Translations under genes and position numbers: made by a program
Assembly (NCBI RefSeq): GCF_001194135.2
Contig: NC_068991.1
Location: 17,042,910-17,106,909, forward strand
Direction of reading: 5' to 3'
Length of the DNA stretch: 64,000 nt
Source: Octopus bimaculoides
Lineage: Eukaryota
Shown: positions 1 to 11,842 of the stretch, piece after piece
Position numbering within the stretch: position 1 is the first letter of the stretch
Layout of the letters: each line of letters opens with the position of its first letter
The notes under the pieces: generated by a model
Seen by the model: only the letters and a program-made list of their open reading frames with translations
Database searches by the model: none
Told to the model about the DNA's origin: nothing

Positions 1-364
1 ATAATACTCTCTTTTTATCTTATATTTTCAACGCTTTAACTTCCCATTCTCATTTCCATCTAGCAATTCCTTTTTTCCCCTTCCTTAGTTATATTTCAAA
101 TCCTTTATCTTTCATATTTATAAACACCTAAAAGAAATAGTTTAGCCCGGCAATAGTTATATACGAGTTATGTCCCTTATAAAATTTTAACACCCTTTAC
201 GCTACAGCAGAAGCGCCTAAATTTGTCGCAAATATTTTAGGAATTGGCAGTTTGCTGTTTAATGAGGGTTTGGCATAAACTAAACATAAAAGTTACGATA
301 TATAGTCACTAATAAACTATATCTTATATAATATACATATGCAACCATACATACATACACATAC

Positions 365-409
<45 letters not shown>

Positions 410-451
410 CAATGTTAATTCTCTAAATGAAGTATTAACAGTAACTGCACG

Positions 452-743
452 ATAAAGTGTAGTATATTGCCACTTAAGTGTGGCTGACCCCTAGGGGTGG
501 ATGTTACTGTTGCTTTTAGCCCCAGGAGGACATCTCCTCCAGCTGGCTTATCGACAATAACCCTGAAATCCGGATCCGTTCGTGCTGCAGATCGTGGTGA
601 GAGGGATAACTTCCCTTGGCAAACAGGACACAGTCGTGTGTCGATAAGCCAGCTGGAGGAGATGTCCTCCTGGGGCTAAAAGCAACAGTAACATCCACCC
701 CTAGGGGTCAGCCACACTTAAGTGGCAATATACTACACTTTAT
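452..743. mobile_element. Fold-back / MITE-like element with perfect 105-bp inverted arms and an 82-bp spacer
   Basis: 452-556 is the exact reverse complement of 639-743. A partial second copy, including the 408-451 flank, lies at about 7783-7913. Confidence 0.8.
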
Positions 744-1025
744 ATATATACACATGCTTACTTTTTAGTTATCAATCCATTCTCTTGCAAAATGATTTAT
801 CTTATTGTTGTTAGAGAGCTGAGTACAGAAGTGGGGGGAAATGCAGACAATATTTTCTTCTGCCTTTTTTTTTTTTTTTTTTTTACAATCTAGTACCTTT
901 GTTAACGAACCAGCTGAGGCGTAATAAAGTACCAGTCAAATGAACGACAGCATCCCCCTTGTACCCTGTGTCTAACCTAGAAATCATGTTTATTATTATT
1001 ATTATTACTATTAATATTATACAAA

Positions 1026-1240
1026 GGCGACGAGCTGGCAGAATCGTTAGCATGCGGGACGAAATGCTTAGTAGTATTTCGCCTGTCGCTACGTTCTGAG
1101 TTCAAATTCCACCAAGGTCGACTTTGCTTTTCATTCTTTTGGGGGTTGATAAATTAAGTATCAGTGAAACACTGAGGTCGATTGATTGACTGGTCCCCTC
1201 CCCCAAAATTCCAGGCCTTGTGCCTATAGTAGAAAGGATT
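1026..1240 (+). mobile_element. tRNA-derived SINE family A (central domain resembling the MetaSINE Meta domain)
   Basis: A-box-like GAGCTGGCAGAATCG, B-box-like GAGTTCAAATTCC and core GTCGACTTTGCTTTTCATTCTTTTGGGGGTTGATAAATTAAGTATCAG. Further copies at about 24745-24950 (+), 27765-28170 (two, -), 47290-47485 (-) and 63430-63830 (two, -). The Meta-domain assignment is from memory. Confidence 0.75.
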
Positions 1241-2145
1241 ATTATTGTTAGTAGTATTATTATTGGGGCTTTTGTTGATGTTTTTATGATTATTTATTTT
1301 TGTCATGTTTTTTTTTTTCAGGACAAAATATAGTGAGACAATCAATTTATTTTTGTTTGATAATATTTAAGGCTGTCGTTCTAGGTGATATACATGATCA
1401 AACAGACTGAAGTAAGGCTGGTCTTGCTCCATGTCAGCAAACTTACATGGTATAGTAAAATTGATAAAAAGTGTACAGTTGCCGAAGCACTAGACTTTCC
1501 ATTCCTTACAGCACGTTGACTGTAGTCTTTTGGCTGATGTTACTAGTGTGTGTGTGTATGTGTGTTTGTGTGTGTGTATGTGTGTTTGTGCGTGTGTATA
1601 TGCATACAGACATATCACATATGTATATAAATATAAATATATATTTACTATCGTATTAGTGTTGGATGCAACTAAACAAAAGTACTCAAACAGTCAATAC
1701 AATCATGTAGAGTGTATTCTAAGCTGAATCTGATTGAATTTTGTACTCAAGTTTCACGTTTGGAAATATCTATCTCAATGTTGAAATCTATTTTATGCAA
1801 GGGAAATTGAATTCCGTAAAATGAGACAAAAGTAGTACCATGCCCACTTGTAAGACACTGCTAGAGTTTTTAAATTAGATAAGAATAACTTATAGATAAG
1901 TATATAATCTATTTAAAAGAAGGCACTTCAACAACAAAAAGAAAGTGAGGACTTAATCGTTGTGGGGTAAGTGTATGTAGATCAGTAATAAATATTAACA
2001 AATATTTAAAAGGGAGCTAATCAGAGCAGGAGTATTGAAATTGGGGTTGTAATATGATTAGCGATGATTTCACTATTGTAAGTAAAACAAGGCTAAAGAA
2101 TACTTAGGGACTTTGTAATAAGTAGGAAAGAAAATATTGAACATC

Positions 2146-3229
2146 ATTTAGTACTCGAGTTCTGATGCTCGTATTGTAAAGGGAGATCATCCTTTCTAGC
2201 TACATCCTAAATCATGGCAAGAAGTTCGAATTTTAAATTTAAGGATAATGAAGATAAAATATACATTATCTTTTACTTCTTTCAGCTGTTGGACTGCAGC
2301 CATGCTGGGTCTACACCTTGAAGGGTTTCAATCGAACAAATTGATCCCAATACTTTTATTGTTTTTGCATGTTTAAAGCCTGGTGCGTATTCTATCAATT
2401 ACTTAGACCAAATTGCTAGTTATGGAGTCGTAAACATCAGTTGTCAGGTGGTAGTGGAGGACAAACAAACACACACCACAAACAAATGCACACACACATA
2501 AAGTATACATAGTGNNNNNNNNNNNNNNNNNNNNNNNNNNNNNNNNNNNNNNNNNNNNNNNNNNNNNNNNNNNNNNNNNNNNNNNNNNNNNNNNNNNNNN
2601 NNNNNNNNNNNNNNNNNNNNNNNNNNNNNNNNNNNNNNNNNNNNNNNNNNNNNNNNNNNNNNNNNNNNNNNNNNNNNNNNNNNNNNNNNNNNNNNNNNNN
2701 NNNNNNNNNNNNNNNNNNNNNNNNNNNNNNNNNNNNNNNNNNNNNNNNNNNNNNNNNNNNNNNNNNNNNNNNNNNNNNNNNNNNNNNNNNNNNNNNNNNN
2801 NNNNNNNNNNNNNNNNNNNNNNNNNNNNNNNNNNNNNNNNNNNNNNNNNNNNNNNNNNNNNNNNNNNNNNNNNNNNNNNNNNNNNNNNNNNNNNNNNNNN
2901 NNNNNNNNNNNNNNNNNNNNNNNNNNNNNNNNNNNNNNNNNNNNNNATAACTAGCAATTTGGTCTAAGTAATTGATAGAATACGCACCAGGCTTTAAACA
3001 TGCAAAAACAATAAAAGTATTGGGATCAATTTGTTCGATTGAAACCCTTCAAGGTGTAGACCCAGCATGGCTGCAGTCCAACAGCTGAAAGAAGTAAAAG
3101 ATAATGTATATTCTATCTTCATTATCCTTAAATTTAAAATTCGAACTTCTTGCCGTACCATGATTTAGGATGTAGCTAGAAAGGATGATCTCCCTTTACA
3201 ATACGAGCATCAGAACTCGAGTACTAAAT
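2146..3229. repeat. Inverted duplication (2146-2423 vs 2947-3229) straddling an N-gap
   Basis: Near-identical reverse complements with one substitution and one 5-nt indel; the second copy begins exactly at the gap edge. Confidence 0.85.
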
Positions 3230-3601
3230 ACTCCTGCTCTTATTAACTCTCTAGATTCTTAGTTATTTATTACCTAGTTATTAATCACTAACACTACCTA
3301 CTCTTCTCCAAATTGATATCATTTTGTTTCCCTTATTTTTTTGCTTAAAAGATTATGTAATCATTTATTTGTTGATTCATTTCTTTATAATTCATGTGCA
3401 TTTCATTCTAACCCTATAGAGTTAGAGTTGTTTTATAGGGGTATGTGTTACAGAATCACTATCTCACTTGAAAAATTCCATTCTCACTGCTGTAAATTTA
3501 AGACACAAATTTAGAGCTATTCAACTGATAGAAAAATGTACTTGAGCAGCACCTCAGAATGATTTAGTATAATATATATACACACACATGCACATGTACC
3601 T

Positions 3602-3677
<76 letters not shown>

Positions 3678-4067
3678 ATAGATAGATAGACATAGATATA
3701 GATATATACATGCACACAGACACATGCGTACACATATATATATGTGTATATATGAAAATACAATTATTTTTATTATTATTATTACTATTATTATTAATAA
3801 CTATTTGTTGCAATAAAAGAATGACTAGTAATGTAATGTCCTTCAAAATGCCCTTGCGGCAATTAGTGAAATCACTAAACCAACCATTATTACTCTTATA
3901 TATGATATATAATATATTATTATTATTACTATTATTTATATTTTTGTTATGATTGTTATACTCTTGTATACCTTAGATACTATTTTGTAATTTTAACAGT
4001 CTTGTATTAAAAAGAAATATTTTAAAACAAATATTTTGACTTCTTATTTATTTCTCTTATATATATA

Positions 4068-4296
4068 CAGGGTCAAAAGTCACCCAACAGTAAATCAAAA
4101 TTCCATAAATACTATCTGTAATTCTGTATTGACTTGAATGGGAAAATGTGTTGTACAAAAAGGACTTCAGTTTGAACAATTTTCATGATGCTTTGTATTT
4201 AGATGCTTTTATTAAATTCATTCAGTTGCTAAACATAAATAGATCTTGGAATTAAATGGTTTTTATTTACTGTCAGGTGACTTTTGGCCAACCCTG
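4068..4296. mobile_element. Tc1/mariner-type MITE
   Basis: TIRs CAGGGT(TGGC)CAAAAGTCACC-ACAGTAAAT at both ends, flanked by TA. Confidence 0.75.
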
Positions 4297-4648
4297 TATA
4301 TACCATTGCTATTATGCAAAGGTGTTGTAAAGTCCAAAACATTGCTTTTTCAGAAAACAACAAAATAGTTTCACCATTCCATAGCAAAACTACACTTCGG
4401 CAATTTTTGATATCCTGGCATCTGAAGCAGCTGGAGATACGATAGTTTGATGAAAAGAACTGGCTATTGCAAGCAAAAATAATATTGCAAAAAACACATT
4501 TGGCCAAATTTGGACATACAACAGTTTAACATAATAGTAACGATATATATAACAGATAAGGAAATAATTTATTCTCAAACGCAGAATAATACTGAGAGAA
4601 AAGCAGGAACAGGATAAAATATCCATATTTTGCAGAAAAATTTGTCAG

Positions 4649-4722
4649 CGGCCAGCCATGAGACTCGAACACACATCCCTGTGATTACCAGTCAAGTACT
4701 TTACCATTAAGCTAAACTGTCC
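4649..4722 (-). pseudogene. Degenerate tRNA-Thr-like sequence (anticodon loop CT-GGT-AA)
   Basis: Cloverleaf elements on -: TAGCTTAATGGTAAAG D-arm, CTTGA-CTGGTAA-TCA(C)AG anticodon arm and GTTCGAGTC T-loop. Stems carry mismatches, so it is unlikely to be a functional tRNA. Confidence 0.55.
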
Positions 4723-4817
4723 ACTGACAAATTAATCTGCAGTTTTACATTTATCATAATTTGAATTCAACATACAGCATCTTATAAAACTAGATTTAAA
4801 TTTAATTTTGTGTGTTT

Positions 4818-5248
4818 CACGACCGATCTTTATTCCATTTATTTAATTATTTACCATTCAATGTCAACATTTCTGTGCCCAACTCTATCCAGTGACTGAT
4901 CCGTTGGATGTCTGACGTTTGGCACTTCCTCAGGAATGGCTTCCATCAGAACAAATTACGAAAAAAAAACACAATTAACACAATTAACGATCATAACAGA
5001 TTATTAAAATACTTGACTATACCTCTGCCAAGGCAGCATGGCGGAGGTATAGTCAAGTATTTTAATAATCTGTTATGATCGTTAATTGTGTTAATTGTGT
5101 TTTTTCGTAATTTGTTCTGATAGAAGCCATTCCTGAGGAAGTGCCAAACGTCAGACATCCAACGGATCAGTCGCTGGATAGAGTTGGGCACAGAAATGTT
5201 GACATCGAATGGTAAAAAATTAAATAAATGGAATAAAGATTGGTCGTG
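4818..5248. mobile_element. 431-bp fold-back palindrome (arms about 210 bp, 8-nt loop)
   Basis: 4818-5030 pairs with 5039-5248, with 6 substitutions and 2 homopolymer length differences. Confidence 0.85.
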
Positions 5249-5399
5249 TTGAAAGTTTCTACCTTTTTAAACATACAAATTTAAAACCTTGGAAATATAA
5301 ACAATGAGAACGACCCTTAAGGAATCTAATTAATGATCCTTTGGGGTGAAGTCTTATGCTATATTGGTAACGATTGTGAAATTTACTGGAAAATTATAT

Positions 5400-5640
5400 A
5401 TCATCGTTTAAACGTCCACCTTCCATGCTAGCATGGGTTGGACGATTTGACTGAGGACTGGTGAAACCGGATGGCAACACCAGGCTCCAATCTAATTTGG
5501 CAGAGTTTCTACAGCTGGATGCCCTTCCTAACGCCAACCACTCAGAGAGTGTAGTGGGTGCTTTTACGTGTCACCTGCACGAAAACGGCCACGCTCGAAA
5601 TGGTGTCTTTTATGTGCCACCCGCACTCGCTCGAAAACCC
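5400..5640 (-). mobile_element. Retroposon family C (RTE-LINE-type 3' tail)
   Basis: Ends in ...CATGCTAGCATGGAAAG-GGACGTTAAACGA(TGA)n. Copies at about 25945-26085, 43950-44181, 51082-51330, 52040-52236 and 53430-53800, in both orientations. Confidence 0.8.
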
Positions 5641-5675
<35 letters not shown>

Positions 5676-5890
5676 GTGTATCTGTACAGATTTTCTATAG
5701 TATTTAGAGCTACCACTGGAAATTACAGTGTTTTGTATATGAATATGTCTATGAAAAACAGGTAATAAGTTTTCCATGCAATATTTCAGGAGTTGTTGCT
5801 CCTTCAACACCACATCCAACTCATTAACTATCCCTGAATACATTGCTTATATAGCCACTAAGTTAATCGCTGTATCACTATGGCATAGAC

Positions 5891-6180
5891 CAGTGGTTCC
5901 CAAAGTGGGCAATATTGCCCCCCTGGGGGGGGGGAAGTTCCATGGGGTTGTTGAAGGAAAGTGAGGCGATAATGGGGTACAATTCATGTAAAAATTGGAG
6001 TGATAATGGGGGTAGCCATTCATGTCAAAACAACAAAATAACGGTTTCATTAGTTTAAGTCTTATTTGTGAAATACAGTTGCTTTGAATTTGCTTCAGAA
6101 AGAGGTCTATGTTTATGATGGTTAGTTGGGGTGGGGGCGCTAGGAATGTGGCCTGAGTGTCAAGGGGGTGGGAACCACTG
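5891..6180. mobile_element. hAT (Charlie-like) MITE, 290 bp
   Basis: TIRs CAGTGGTTCCCA...TGGGAACCACTG with exact 8-bp TSD GCATAGAC (5883-5890 and 6181-6188). Confidence 0.92.
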
Positions 6181-7149
6181 GCATAGACTAATTTTACATA
6201 TTAAACACATTGATGGCAACTGGTAAATACATATTGTTGGCAGGGACACTGTATTTCGTTTGCACCCATAATATACTCCCATGTATATTAAAGTAGGACA
6301 CAGGATTGATTTATAAACCGTTAATCTACTGGTTGCATCTGTAGTGTGATGTTATGTGTTGATGAATACTTAAACAATTGAATATAGGATTACCAAGTCA
6401 TGCCTGTATATTCATGCATGCTAATATACGAGCATCAACTGCGTTACAGGAGCATTGCACTCTTAGAAATCTTAGTGAAACGTGAAGTTTCATAATGTGA
6501 CATGTATTTTGATACTGACATCCATGTTGCATGGAAACCAATGACCATGAAAATCAATGGAGAAATGTGCTCTGCATTAAGAAACTCTGTGTTAATGTAA
6601 GATTTTCATTAGCCCAATGTTCATATTAAGATGGTATATGCCTCACAACATGGATCTAGATGGGTTCTGAGTTGTAGAGTGGTGGTTCGTCTCTAAATTA
6701 GTTATATACATATATATTATATATTAGGAAACCTGGTATATTATTATACTGATTTTTGCCTGTAAGGTTGGAATGAATTTGTTATTCCCTAATATTATTA
6801 CTATATATATATATGTGTGTGTGTGTGTATGTATATGTATATGTATATGTATATATANNNNNNNNNNNNNNNNNNNNNNNNNNNNNNNNNNNNNNNNNNN
6901 NNNNNNNNNNNNNNNNNNNNNNNNNNNNNNNNNNNNNNNNNNNNNNNNNNNNNNNNNNNNNNNNNNNNNNNNNNNNNNNNNNNNNNNNNNNNNNNNNNNN
7001 NNNNNNNNNNNNNNNNNNNNNNNNNNNNNNNNNNNNNNNNNNNNNNNNNNNNNNNNNNNNNNNNNNNNNNNNNNNNNNNNNNNNNNNNNATATATATATA
7101 TATATATTTATACACACACACACAATTTGATGTAGGTATGTATGAATGC

Positions 7150-7180
<31 letters not shown>

Positions 7181-7507
7181 TGTACTATATACGTCAATGT
7201 ATTGGCCAACATGACAGAACATGTCTAGTGACCATCCTAGGTTTCTCACATTACAATGATTTGTACTCATACAGCCTCTTAAGAAACCACATTCGCACGC
7301 ATGCACGCACATATTTTTAATGCTAATTTCTAATATAGCTCTATGCTTTAATTATTTATCCCCTGTATTTATAACATCCTTACAGGTGAAATAATGATAA
7401 TAATAATAATATACGTCACACTGATAAATCAATACATTATATTATGATGTCGTAATTACTGTTGCTGCTGATTCGTAGCATATTCTTTGCTGTTGTTGTT
7501 GTTGTTG

Positions 7508-7760
7508 TTACCTTGTGCACGTAAGTGTAAGCAGGGTATTGTAGTCGCTCGTCTTTGTCTGTGTGTTTTCAAAATTACTGGATAATGGCTGAACGGATTT
7601 TCACCAAATTTGGCAGAAATACTCATTAAGTGAGTGGCTTGAAACTCATTAAATTTTGACGGATGGGTGAATCAAAATTTTTGATTTTCTTTGTTTCATA
7701 AGCATAAACGATAAGCAGGGGGAAATAACTCTTGATGTCATTTTGTTGAAATATGAATTT
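7508..7760 (+). mobile_element. HINE / DINE-1-like (Helentron-associated) non-autonomous element fragment
   Basis: TTACCTTG...AAGCAGGGTATTG 5' hairpin, GTCT-like repeat, then ACTGGATAATGGCTGAACGGATTTTCACCAAATTTGG, typical of this class. A similar body lies at about 15215-15650. Confidence 0.45.
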
Positions 7761-8589
7761 GAGAATATCTATATATAAAACTAGCAATGTTAATTCTCTA
7801 AACGAGGTATTAACAGTAACTGCACGATAAACTGAAGTATATTGCCACTTAAATGTGGCTGACCCCTAGGGGTGGATGTTACTGTTGCTTTTAGCCCCAG
7901 GAGGACATCTCCTCTTTTACTCTTTTACTTGTTTCAGTCATTTGACTGTGGCCATGCTGGAACACCGCCTTTAGTCGAACTAATCGACCCCAGGACTTAT
8001 TCTTTGGAAGCCTAGTACTTATTCTATCGGTCTCTTTTGCCGAACCGCTATGTTACAGGGACGTAAACACACCAGCATCGGTTGTCAAGCGATGTTGGGG
8101 GGATAAATACAGACACACAAACATACACACACACACACATATATATACATATATACGACGGGCTTCTTTCAGTTTCCGTCTACCAAATCNNNNNNNNNNN
8201 NNNNNNNNNNNNNNNNNNNNNNNNNNNNNNNNNNNNNNNNNNNNNNNNNNNNNNNNNNNNNNNNNNNNNNNNNNNNNNNNNNNNNNNNNNNNNNNNNNNN
8301 NNNNNNNNNNNNNNNNNNNNNNNNNNNNNNNNNNNNNNNNNNNNNNNNNNNNNNNNNNNNNNNNNNNNNNNNNNNNNNNNNNNNNNNNNNNNNNNNNNNN
8401 NNNNNNNNNNNNNNNNNNNNNNNNNNNNNNNNNNNNNNNNNNNNNNNNNNNNNNNNNNNNNNNNNNNNNNNNNNNNNNNNNNNNNNNNNNNNNNNNNNNN
8501 NNNNNNNNNNNNNNNNNNNNNNNNNNNNNNNNNNNNNNNNNNNNNNNNNNNNNNNNNNNNNNNNNNNNNNNNNNNNNNNNNNNNNNNNN

Positions 8590-8629
<40 letters not shown>

Positions 8630-9534
8630 CACACACACACACACACACATCACTCTTGCAGCCAGCTGGCTGAGTTAATATACATGTATAAAAGGACAGA
8701 TGAGCTTAGTGTAGGTTCAACAACTAGCTAGCAATTGCACAGGCCCTCAGAAATTCCCGGTTAGTGCCTGGTGTGCTGGAAGGCACTTCTCAGCTAAAGC
8801 ATGTATTTTGGAGAAGGTCACTCTGATATAAAGCCTGATATACGAGGAATGGCAATGGACGTTTTGAAGGATCATTTCCCTTCTAGAGAAGAGAGTTTTA
8901 TTTTCTGTGCCAATTTACAGCAAAGATGAGCAAGGCAAGCAAAAGATTTAGTGAACAAATCAAAGGGAGACAATTTCATAATGGAGTAGAGGGGAGTAAT
9001 TCATGTCTTTTGTTTCTCGTAGAATGAATACATAATTGTTGAAACTTGTTCATGTTCGATTTTTTAAAAAAAACTGCTGAAATTGAAGCAGTGTTTGTCT
9101 ATTAGCAGTGAGCTTCATAATGCCGCCTAGCTATTGATTATTTTGTCTATATATAATTATAAGAAGAGCTGGCAACCGAATGGAGAGGATATCGCTGCTT
9201 CTTGGCAAATTGTCCAAGACATACAGAAAGATACAAAGACAATAGCCCCTGCATACGATCTGATAGAAAAAGAATCAGTAAAACAAATAAAGAATTTTTA
9301 GGCTTTAATGTTGTAGCCTATTCTGTTCACAGGAGATAGTATTCTAGCAATAAGAGTTACTATGTGGGAGTAAAAATTGTTACTATAGCTATGGATAGTT
9401 ATTATGAAGGAGTACTTGTATATTTTGCTTCAAACTCACCTATGAGTGATAAGCTCAAGTGTGTGTGCGTGTGTGTGTGTGTGTGTGCATGTGTGTGTGT
9501 GTGCGAGTGTGAGTGTGTTTCCAGATGAGTTGAG

Positions 9535-9603
9535 GAGAGGGAAGATAAGGAGTAAGAGGAGGAGGAGGAGGAGGAGGAGAAGAAGAAGAAGAACAACAAC
9601 AAC
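9535..9603 (+). repeat. Compound trinucleotide microsatellite (GAG)n(AAG)n(AAC)n
   Basis: Read directly. It is one of many (TA)n, (GT)n, (ATAG)n and (TAA)n tracts, for example 345-407, 3605-3672, 21360-21422 and 50165-50222. Confidence 0.9.
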
Positions 9604-9804
9604 AATTGTTATCCTCAAGGACAAAATGCTGGCATTTCTTCCAGCTTTTTATGGTCTGAGTTCAAATACCGCTGAGGTTAGCTTTGCCTTTCATCTTCCC
9701 ATGGTCAATGCAATAAAGTAGCAGTCAAGTACTAGGTTCAACGTAATTGACTAAGTCCTCCCTTTAATAATGAAAATTTTTTAAAACTTGTTATTATTGT
9801 TGTT

Positions 9805-10193
9805 GGAGGTGCAATGGCCCAGTGGTTAGGGCTGCGGACTCGCGGTCATAGGATCGCGGTTTCGATTCCCAGACCGGGCGTTGTGAGTGTTTATTGAGCG
9901 AAAACACCTAAAGTTCCACGAGGCTCCGGCAGGGGATGGTGGCGAACCCTGCTGTACTCTTTCATCACAACTTTCTCTCACTCTTACTTCCTGTTTCTGT
10001 TGTGCCTGTAATTGAAAGGGTCAGCCTTGTCACACTGTGTCACGCTGAATATCCCCGAGAACTACGTTAAAGGTACACGTGTCTGTGGAGTGCTCAGCCA
10101 CTTGCATGTTAATTTCACGAGCAGGCTGTTCCGTTGATCGGATCAACTGGAACCCTCGACGTCGAAGCGACGGAGTGTCAACAACAACAACAA
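9805..10193 (+). mobile_element. Full-length tRNA-derived SINE with (CAA)n tail
   Basis: A box TGGCCCAGTGG, B box GGTTTCGATTCCC and CAACAACAACAA tail. CpG-rich, so probably young. Its 3' half is repeated at about 23725-23946. Confidence 0.85.
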
Positions 10194-11627
10194 ATTCAGT
10201 CAGCTTTGCCTGTCATCAAGGTTGATAAAATAAGTCCCTATTGAACACTGGGGTCGCCTTAATCAACTTAATCTCTCCCCCTAAACCTACTGGCCTTGTA
10301 CCAAAATTTGAAACCAAAATTCTTGTTGTTATTGTTGTTGTTGCTGGAGATTGGCAAGGGCAGTTCTTTGGCAAAATCAATAAGAGCTCTAGTATTTAGT
10401 TATGGCTCTTTATGTTCTGAGTTCAAATCCCACCATGGTTGAATTCGCCTTTTGTCCTTTGAAAGTCAATAAAATAAAGAATCAGTGGAATACCAGGACC
10501 ATTTTAATTAATTAATTAACCCTTTCTTTCCTAATCTTAGAAAGGATTATTATTGTTTTTATTGCCAAGATTTATCTAATACTAGCACCGTATAAACTCA
10601 GAAAAATATAGGAGTACACACCATAATCGCTTCTAGTTTAGATATAAGACACGTAGTTTTGAGGGGAGGGGTTAGTCAATATCATCAATTCCATAACTTG
10701 TAGCTGTGTATGGTGGTGGGGGTGTTGCTTTCTCCTTGCCTTGACATTACGTGATAGTTGTAAGCAAATCATGTCCCTTGTTTCCAAACTTCCATGAAAA
10801 CATGGTCATGGAGAAATATTACTTCACTCGAAAATAGGTGAGGGCTGGTGACAGGAAGTGTACCCACCCAGTGAGAGAAAAATAAATCTTCCTCAACACA
10901 TTCTGTCCAGTTCATGTAAGCATGGAAAAGTGGAGATTAAATCAATAACGACAATGGTGGTGGTGGTGGTAGTGGTGATGATGGGTGAGGAGGAGTCAGT
11001 GGCAAACTTTTGGAATAGCTCCCATGAATAAAATGGTCTTTTTCAGCATTTTTTTGTTATTTTATAATGCTCTGATTTCTAAAGGTCATATAATTCAAAT
11101 TAATTTTTTTTTTTTTTTTTTTTTTTCNNNNNNNNNNNNNNNNNNNNNNNNNNNNNNNNNNNNNNNNNNNNNNNNNNNNNNNNNNNNNNNNNNNNNNNNN
11201 NNNNNNNNNNNNNNNNNNNNNNNNNNNNNNNNNNNNNNNNNNNNNNNNNNNNNNNNNNNNNNNNNNNNNNNNNNNNNNNNNNNNNNNNNNNNNNNNNNNN
11301 NNNNNNNNNNNNNNNNNNNNNNNNNNNNNNNNNNNNNNNNNNNNNNNNNNNNNNNNNNNNNNNNNNNNNNNNNNNNNNNNNNNNNNNNNNNNNNNNNNNN
11401 NNNNNNNNNNNNNNNNNNNNNNNNNNNNNNNNNNNNNNNNNNNNNNNNNNNNNNNNNNNNNNNNNNNNNNNNNNNNNNNNNNNNNNNNNNNNNNNNNNNN
11501 NNNNNNNNNNNNNNNNNNNNNNNNNNNNNNNNNNNNNNNNNNNNNNNNNNNNNNNTGCAGCACCTTTTCTAATAAAAACATTTATATTCCTATTTGTTTT
11601 CTTCTCTGTTTTCTAACCTGTTGACTA

Positions 11628-11842
11628 TGAGAGGGTACTGAAAAGTTCCTGGCTTTTGTTAAAAGAAAATACAGGAGGATCAGTTAATTGTGATTTTATA
11701 CAGCATATTTCCCTCTCAGATTTGCACACTTATTATAGCAATCCTTCAGTTTTTCTAAGCCCTGTAAAAGAACTCGGAAGGTTGAGCCTCCAGCTAGGCC
11801 TTTTGCGATACCCTTAAAGCCAGGAACTTTTCAGCACTCTCT
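11628..11842. mobile_element. Mariner-type MITE
   Basis: TIRs GAGAGGGTACTGAAAAGTTCCTGGCTTT / AAAGCCAGGAACTTTTCAGCACTCTC; a second copy lies at about 52503-52694. Confidence 0.7.

Noticed and set aside
1448-1520. Minus-strand exon candidate ending in a GTAAGT donor
   Set aside because: Weak acceptor next to (AC)n, only one open frame, and no recognisable peptide.
8800-9330. Coding-like stretch, possibly a transposase relic
   Set aside because: Short frames broken by stops, with no motif I could recognise.
9805-9880. Functional tRNA gene
   Set aside because: The tRNA-like head continues into a SINE body with a (CAA)n tail; no proper acceptor stem or Pol III terminator follows it.
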